57,374 nt of DNA from Octopus sinensis (taxonomy: Eukaryota): assembly GCF_006345805.1 (NCBI RefSeq), contig NW_021833598.1, positions 1 to 57,374 on the forward strand, in the 5' to 3' direction. The position numbers and the translations under genes are program-made. Below are positions 50,078-57,374 of this stretch, piece after piece (position 1 is the stretch's first letter; every line of letters starts with the position of its first letter). The notes under the pieces were generated by a model. It did not search any database, was not told where the DNA came from, and saw only the letters and a list, made by a program, of their open reading frames with translations.

Positions 50078-50230
50078 AGGGAAGAGAAAAAAGGGGAGCG
50101 AGAGGGGAAGAGAGAGAAAGAGAGGTGTGATTGCAGTTTATTAATTGAACATAAACACACATAAACTCATTCCCCTCTCCTCAGATGCATAAAAAGAAAT
50201 ATAGTCACACACATAAACACACACACACAC
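48760..50230. repeat. Composite satellite: recurring 80-100 bp spacer alternating with GA/GATA tracts
   Basis: Motifs tta.aattt...attggcataaa...ctctcc...aaatatggtcacacacataaacag recur about 6 times. Confidence 0.7.
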
Positions 50231-50514
50231 AGATGAAAATGATAGAAACACTAGAACATCTCACATCAAATAAGTCAACAGTGGGTCAGCGGTGCCAAAT
50301 AAACGGTGCCAAAAGGACTGTACCAAAACGTTCCTTACCACCCCCACCCTAACAACAAAAGCCTCACAATGTCTATAAATCTAATTAATATATGCAATCT
50401 TTATCTATTTTCTAAATGTCTTCATTTAATTGTCCAATTCAAATCAAATTGAATGGAAATCAAGAATGTTATTTTCTATGGTCGGTAAACATCAGGGTTA
50501 TGTATTTTCTTACA

Positions 50515-50684
50515 GGTATGGCTGTGTGGGAAGAAGGTTGCTTCCCAACCACATGGTTCCAGGTTCAGTCCCACTGCATGGTACCTTGGGCCAAACGTAC
50601 GATATATATACTATAGCCTCCAGATCAAATAAAGCCCTGTAAGTGAAGTTTTTACATGGAAATTGAAACAAGCTCATCATATGT

Positions 50685-50740
<56 letters not shown>

Positions 50741-51145
50741 TCTGAGTACCATACGAGTGAGATCGTTGCCAGAGCAACAAGCTGGCCTTCGTGCCGATGA
50801 TGATCGTTAGCATGTCGCCTTACTAGCACTTGTGCTGGTGGCAAGTGAAAAAAAGCCATTCGAGCAAGGTCGTCGCCAGTGCTGCTGGACTGGCTCCTGT
50901 GCAGGTGGCACATAAAAGCACAATTTGAGCATGGCCGTTGCCAGTACCATCAGACTGGCTCTCGTGCTGGTAGCACATAAAAGCACCCACTACACTCTTG
51001 GAGTGGTTGGCATTAGGAAGGGCATCCAGTTGTAGAAACTTTGCCAGATCTGATTGGAGTCTGGTTCGCCAGACCTCAGTCAAATCGTCCAACCCATGCT
51101 AGCATGGAAAGTGGACGTTAAATGATGATGATGATGATGATGATG
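50515..51145 (+). mobile_element. SINE family A head plus family B body and tail
   Basis: Head at 50515, ggcacataaaagcac repeats, tail (GAT)n. Confidence 0.8.
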
Positions 51146-51253
51146 TGTGTGACTTTGCATTTGGGTTTGTACCCCACGACCACTTGACAACCGGTGTTGG
51201 TTTGTTTTTGATCCCTCTCACTTGATGCTTTTGTAAAAAGAGACTGAAAGAAT

Positions 51254-51474
51254 AAGCTGGCAGAATCATTAGCACACCAGGCAAAATGCTTTGCAGTGAT
51301 TCATTTATCCTTATGTTCTGAGTTCAAATTCCACTGAGCTAGATTTTGCCGTTCATCCTTCCGGGGGTCAATAAATTAAGTACCAGTTGTGTACTGGGGT
51401 CGATGTAATCAACCATCCCCCTCTCCCAAATTCGAAGCCTTGTGCCTATAGTAGAAAGGATTACTATTATATTA
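51254..51474 (+). mobile_element. SINE family C (duplicate of 54131-54350)
   Basis: Near-identical to the second copy, including the flanking ttactattatatta. Confidence 0.8.
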
Positions 51475-51957
51475 CAGAAATAGTAAGTACTGGGATCGAT
51501 TTGCTTGAGTAAACACTTTATGGAGGTGCCCCAGCATGGCCACAGTCCAGTGACTGAAACGGAAATAGATAAAAGCATTGATTCTGATATAAATATTGTA
51601 TCAAATTTTGGTTAGCGCTGCTTCTGAGAAACTGATGCTACTTGCTAATTTTCCTGATATCATTTACAATCTCGAAGCAAGCTTTCTATTCTATGAAAGT
51701 ATACAAATCCGAATATAAAGACTTATAATTTATTTGTTATTATCAAGACACCATATTGCAGGAATAAATCTGATCACAGATGATAGGTAATCAAAAACCG
51801 ATGACAGCAAATGGAAAATTTCGACGACTTAGTATCAGAGCAGAACAGCAGAGAAACAATATGGAATATTTGTCTTTCTGACAGCTTGTACATAAGACTG
51901 GAAAGCAGATAATATTCAACCTAGAAACCAATCTGTCTGTCTGTCTGACTCTCACCT

Positions 51958-51993
<36 letters not shown>

Positions 51994-52011
51994 TCTCTCT
52001 TCTATTTACAG

Positions 52012-52041
52012 AATCTGTCAGCTGGAATCATGTTAAAGATG
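52012..52041 (+). other. Candidate 30-nt microexon
   Basis: Long (CT)n pyrimidine tract plus tatttacag, exon AATCTGTCAGCTGGAATCATGTTAAAGATG, donor gtaagt; open as NLSAGIMLKM or SVSWNHVKD. Confidence 0.4.
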
Positions 52042-52137
52042 GTAAGTATTACATAATTTCTTTCACTATTGTTTAAATTTTTTAATCAAAGTAGCTGTTA
52101 AAATTTAAATGACGATGCTTAGCATTATAGTAGTCAG

Positions 52138-53280
52138 TATTATTATTATTATTACTTTTTTTTTCTTCTTTCAAATTTGCTTCCATTTCTTGCTGAGTGT
52201 CTTCCCGACTCCTAGGGCAAAGAAACTCATAGTATACATTAAACCAAACTCAATAGTTCGTTCATTTTTTTCTTTTTTCTTTTTTTTTTAAGTTAAATTA
52301 AAATACATGAGCAGCAACAGTTCTCACATCGACAATGCTCTTCTCAATACGTGTGATGTACCAGTTAAGACAATCTTTTGCACTTCTTGCAGGGATGGTA
52401 AGCTAGGGATCATTCTCATATAATTTTCGGTTCCCTTCTTGATCATTCCTAGTGCTCCTATGATCACTGGTATTGTAACTGCCTTGAGATGCCACATTTT
52501 CTCAATTTCAATGAGCAGGTCTTTATATTTTCTGAGCTTGTCAAACTCTTTGGCCGAGATATTATGATCACAGGGGATGCTCATGTCGATCAATAAGCAA
52601 ACTTTATTGTTTTGGTCTTTCACAACAATATCTGGTTTATTGGCCTTGATGGTTCGGTCTGTATGTACTGGAAAGTCCCACAGAATTGTTACATTTTCTC
52701 CTTCAGTTACAGCTTCAGGGTGGTGATTATACCACTTGTCGGCAGTTTTGATATTGTAATGCCGGCTTATTAGCCAGTGTAGATATTGGCCAACTCTGTC
52801 ATGTCTTAATTTATACTCCACTGGTGCTAAGACTTTACATCCAGAGATTAGGTGGTCCACTGTTTCAATCATGTCATTACAGAATCGGCATTTTGGGTCT
52901 GCTCCATTTTTCATCACATTGGCCTGGTAGTTCCGGGTTAATAGGCTTTGATCTTGAGCAGCCAGGATGAAACCTTCGCTCTCTGCTTTTAGCCCTGAGC
53001 TCCGTAGCCACTGATGGGTTTGCTTCTGGTCAACATCAGCTTGTTTGCCATGCAGAGGCTTCTCCTCCCACCTATCAGCCAATTGCTCGTGCGCTTTTTT
53101 CGTTGCCATTATTCTCACCTTCTTTGCTACAATAGTTGCCGTACTTCCCTCAGGTTGTTCAGTTTGGGTATCCTGCACGAGATCAATAGCAAATTTTTTG
53201 CTTTCCTTTATGATAGAATGAAGCTTCTTTCGTCTCTCGTGATTTTCCACGAGCTTTAGCATCCAGTTTTCCACGATATC
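52138..53280 (-). mobile_element. Young 5'-truncated R4/Dong LINE with an open CCHC and restriction-like endonuclease frame (stop at 52324)
   Basis: CRFC...ETVDHLISGC, RHDRV, KPDIVV...LIDMS...KLRKY, VLTGTSHVLRRALSM*; 3' UTR ending in (TAA)n. Confidence 0.92.
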
Positions 53281-53324
53281 ATCATCATCATCATCACCAT
53301 CATCATCATTATTATTATTATTAT

Positions 53325-53620
53325 TAAAGCAGTGAGCTGGCAGAATCGTTAGCATGCCAGGTGAAAATGCTTAGTGGTAGTTCATTCATCTTTACATTCT
53401 GAGTTTAAATTCCGCCGAGGTCTACTTTGCTTTTTATCCTTTTGGGGTTGATAAAAGAAGTACCAGTCAACCACTGGGGTTGATGTAATCCACTAGCCCC
53501 CTACTATAAAATTTCAGGCCTTGTGCCTATAGTAGAATAGACTATCGTTATTATTATTTTGATTGAAGGAGGTGAGCTGACTGGGTCGTTAGCACAGCGG
53601 GCAAAATGCTAAGTGGCATT
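53325..53620 (+). mobile_element. SINE family C copy plus a second head
   Basis: aaagcagtgagctggcagaatcgttagc...; second head at about 53570. Confidence 0.8.
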
Positions 53621-53842
53621 CTCTTTACTCTTTACTCTTTTACTTGTTTCAGTCATTTGACTGCGGCCATGCTGGAGCACCGCCTTTAATCGAGCAACTC
53701 GACCCCGGGACTTATTCTTTTGTAAGCCCAGTACTTATTCTATCGGTCTCTTTTGCCAAACTGCTAAGTAACGGGGACGTAAACACACCAGCATTGGTTG
53801 TCAAGCGATGCTAGGGAGACAAACACAGACACACAAACATAT

Positions 53843-53885
<43 letters not shown>

Positions 53886-53978
53886 TACGACGGGCTTCTT
53901 TCAGTTTCCGTCTACCAAATCCACTCACAAGGTTTTGGTTGGCCCGAGGCTATAGTAGAAGACACATGCCCAAGGTGC
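53621..53978 (-). mobile_element. SINE family A, head-truncated
   Basis: Tail and body present. Confidence 0.9.
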
Positions 53979-53989
53979 ATCTTCATCTG

Positions 53990-54520
53990 TTTTTAAATGC
54001 CGAGTTTAAATTCCACTGAGGTTCACTTTGGTTGTCATCCTTTCCAAGTCAATAAAAAAAAAGGATCAGTGGAATAATGGGGCCGATGTGATTGATCTAC
54101 CGGCTCTCCTGAATGCACTGGCCCTGTGTTGAGCTGGCAGAATCATTAGAACACCAGGCAAAATGCTTTGCAGTGTTTCATTTATTCTTATGCTCTGAGT
54201 TCAAATTCCACTGAGCTAGATTTTGCTGTTCATCCTTCCGGGGTCAATAAATTGAGTACCAGTTGTGTACTGGGGTCGATGTAATCAACTATCCCCCTCT
54301 CCCAAATTTGAAGCCTTGTGCCTATAGTAGAAAGGATTACTATTATATTATTGAGCTGGGAGAACTGTTACCATGCCAGGAAAAATGCTTAGTGGCATTT
54401 TGTCTATCTTTACATTCTGAGTTCAGATTCTGCTGAGTTCAAATTCCCCTGAGTTCAAATTACCCCGAGGCTGACTTTGCCTTTCGTCCTTTGGAGTGGG
54501 GCATCAATAAAATAAGTGCC
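53990..54520 (+). mobile_element. Run of SINE family C copies
   Basis: Cores at about 54000, 54190 and 54420-54480 (gagttcaaatt stuttered three times). Confidence 0.75.
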
Positions 54521-54587
54521 AGCTGTTCATTGCTATAGTAGAGGCCTTATAGCACAGTTTTACCTGCATCATTTCTCTTCCCTCATT

Positions 54588-54765
54588 ACTTGTGTTCCAT
54601 TTGACCATGCTGCTTTGTAACAATCTGGAGACGACAGGAGAGATCTTATATAACTCAAGGGCCTTGAGTAGCCAATTATGTGGGACACCATCAAGCGCTT
54701 TCCTGTGGTCTGTCCATGCCATACTCAGGTTCTTCTTTTTGCCCCAGCAATTCTCTCCAATAATT
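54588..54765 (-). pseudogene. R4/Dong RT fragment
   Basis: NLSMAWTDHRKALDGVPHNWLLKALELYKI matches the AWIDYxKAFDSVPH motif. Confidence 0.75.
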
Positions 54766-54814
54766 TTATTTATGAGTAATCATTATTATTATAATAATTA
54801 TTATAACTATTATA

Positions 54815-54847
<33 letters not shown>

Positions 54848-54859
54848 ATTATTATTATT

Positions 54860-55110
54860 CCTTCGTAACACAGTGTGGGTAAAAATGCATCAGAGTCTTT
54901 AGTCATCAGTCAAGTCACAACAAGGACCTCAGACAGATAATGCTTTCCTTAAGATGTGCTCTGTGCCCAATAAGGCTGCTTTTTGCAAGACATCAATCTT
55001 GCATGGGATTTCCAGTTGCCTTAAGAAGTCTTGGAGTTTCAATGGGATTGAGCTCAATGCTCTGATCACCTCTGGTATCACTTTTACATTACCCGCTCAC
55101 ATTCCATACA
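54860..55110 (-). mobile_element. R4/Dong LINE 3' end, a further family
   Basis: VKVIPEVIRAL...LQKAALLGTEHILRKALSV*, followed by (TAA)n. Confidence 0.7.
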
Positions 55111-55384
55111 GTCATCATCATCATCACCATCGTCACCATCCTCATCATCATCATCATCATTATTATTTTATTTTATAAAGATTGACTTAACTTTTTACGA
55201 AGGTAAACAGACAATAAAAAGAGCAGGAAGCCATTTGTAATGGCTTGTTTTATTTCACAGTTTGAATGACATTTCAACAATTCATCTGTAAAATGGAAAA
55301 CAACTGCAGCAACACAGAAATTCAAAATATAAATGGGGAAATCCTGCTATTTTGATAGAATGACATCGTAATAATATTATTATT

Positions 55385-55660
55385 ATTCTTTTATTCTTTT
55401 GCTTATTTCAGTCATTTGACTGCAGCCATGCTGGAGCACCACCTTGAAGGGTTTTAGCTGAAGAAATCGACCCTGGGACTTATTCTTGTAAGCCTAGTAC
55501 TTATTTTATTTGTTCCTTTTGCCGAACTGCTAAGCTATGGGTGCATAAGCACACCAGCATTGATTGTCAAGTGATGGAAGGGGAGGGGGACATAAACACA
55601 CACACACACACACATAAATACATACATACATATACGATGGGCTTCTTTCAGTTTCCATCT
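55385..55660 (-). mobile_element. SINE family A, 3' two-thirds
   Basis: Family match. Confidence 0.8.
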
Positions 55661-55689
55661 CACGAGGTTTTGGTAATGATCAGGCTCAA

Positions 55690-56172
55690 CTGATGCCTTT
55701 TACGTGCCACCAGCACGGAAGCCAGTTAGCCACTTTGGCAATGATCATGCTCAGATGGTGCTCTTGGTACCCTACTAGCACGGGCAAAAGTGCCAGTAAG
55801 GTGACGCTGGTAATGATCACACTCGAATGGTGCCTTTTATGTGCCACTGACACAGAAGCCAGTTAGCCGCACTGTCAATGATCACACTCGTATGGTGCTC
55901 TTTGCACTCTGCTAGCACGGACGCCAGTCATCGAATACGATTTTGATTTCACTTACCTTAATAAGTCTTCACAATCAGAGTTTAGTGTCCAAAAAAGGAA
56001 AAGGTACGCATAATTGGGCTGGTTACACTCCTGGCATAGGCCATGAGGTTATGGTCTAATTTGGCTTGCCGGGTCTTCTCAAGCACAGCATATTTCCAAG
56101 TCTCAGTCACTAGTCATTTCCTTGGTGAGGCCTAAAGTTCAAAGGTTGTGCTCCACCACTTCATCCCAGGTC
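55690..56172 (-). mobile_element. RTE LINE 3' end with tandem-repeat 3' UTR
   Basis: TWDEVVEHNL*TLGLTKEMTSD on the minus strand, then about 60-bp ggcacgtaaaaggca repeats. Confidence 0.75.
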
Positions 56173-56204
56173 AGTAGTAGTAGTAGTATTAGTATTGAGG
56201 AGGC

Positions 56205-56400
56205 TAGGTAGCAGAATCTTTAGCATGCCAGACGAAATACATTGTGGTATTTTCTTCATCTTTATGTTCGGAGTTCAAATTCTGCCATGGTTTACAGTGA
56301 CTTTCAACCTTTTAGGGTCCATGAAATAAGTACAGGCTGAGCCCTGGGATCAGGGTAATCAACTGGCCTCCTTCCCCAAATTTCTGGCATTGTGCTTCTG
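56205..56400 (+). mobile_element. SINE family C, diverged
   Basis: ttcggagttcaaattctgcc...aagtacagg. Confidence 0.65.
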
Positions 56401-56409
56401 TTAGTAAGG

Positions 56410-56410
56410 G

Positions 56411-56453
<43 letters not shown>

Positions 56454-56482
56454 CACTACTACTACCACCACCGCTACTACTA

Positions 56483-56528
<46 letters not shown>

Positions 56529-56581
56529 CGCTGCCGCCGCCGCCACCCCTGCCGCCACCGCCGCCACCGCTGCTGCTGCTG

Positions 56582-56640
<59 letters not shown>
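56410..56640. repeat. Symmetric (CTA)n-(CTG)n-GCC-rich-(CTG)n-(CTA)n trinucleotide block
   Basis: Direct inspection. Confidence 0.9.
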
Positions 56641-56641
<1 letters not shown>

Positions 56642-56909
56642 TTCGTATGCTTCTTTAATCATTTAAGAAACTTACCTATCTGAAATGATATTGGAAAATT
56701 CCCTATGGTTGCCTTCTGCATGAAGAGCATATAGTTAAGTGCAGGCTAAGATACTCAGGGCAATGAGTTAAAATCAAATCAAATATCTGAGCAAATATAC
56801 CTACAGGCATATTAATAAGAACAAAAAACATTTAAATTTCAAGACAACTCTTGTCAATTTGTACAAGGAAGAGAACTCTGAAATTTGAATTGATCAAATA
56901 TATATATAT

Positions 56910-57374
56910 GATGGTGGCGAAGGCAGTGTCGGTGTTAGTGTAGGGGTGGTGGTGGTGGTGGTAGTGGTGGTGGTAGTGGTGGTGATGGTGGTGGTGGTGG
57001 TGGTTGTTTAGTGGTGGTGGGGGTAGTGGTGGTAATGGTGGTAGTGGTGGTGATGTTGGTGATGGTGGTGGTGCTGGTAGTGGTGGTGATGTTGGTGATG
57101 GTGGTAGTGGTGGTGATGTTGGTGATGGTGGTAGTGGTGGTGATGTTGGTGATGGTGTGGGGTGCTGGTAAGTGGTGTAAATGGTGGTGATGGTGGTAGT
57201 GGTGGTGAGTTGGTGATGTGGTATGGTGGTGATGTTGTTGATGTTGGTGTGGTGGTAGTGGTGGTGATGTTGGTGATGGTGGTAGTGGTGGTGATGTGGT
57301 GATGGTGGTGGTGATGGTGTAATGTCTGTCTCGTGGTGATGTTGTTGGTGGTGGGGTTGTTTAGTGGTGGTGGT
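56910..57374. repeat. (GGT)n/(GAT)-derived repeat with about 27-bp higher-order units
   Basis: gtggtggtgatgttggtgatggtggta recurs; runs off the window end. Confidence 0.9.

Overview
AT-rich, repeat-saturated animal DNA. By inference from its SINE and LINE families it is most likely from a coleoid cephalopod (Octopus-like) and intronic or intergenic. I found no intact host-gene ORF; nearly all ORFs in the supplied track are microsatellite artefacts. The recognisable protein-coding sequence is all transposon-derived: R4/Dong LINE pieces (one with an open restriction-like endonuclease frame at 52324-53280), RTE and CR1 LINE fragments, a split Penelope-like GIY-YIG remnant, mariner transposase remnants and a possible L1/Tx1 ORF1 relic. 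Dozens of tRNA-derived SINE copies (local families A-D), non-autonomous Helitrons and piggyBac-, Tigger- and mariner-type MITEs are interleaved with long microsatellites. The most notable structures are a SINE pentamer flanked by one 17-bp TSD with hairpin-forming junctions, minimal hammerhead ribozyme variants, a near-perfect 68-bp palindrome, a decayed 64-aa coding repeat of unknown origin, short inverted templated insertions, and several 15-44 nt candidate microexons that may belong to an unidentified host gene. Boundaries were read by eye and are approximate unless stated as exact.
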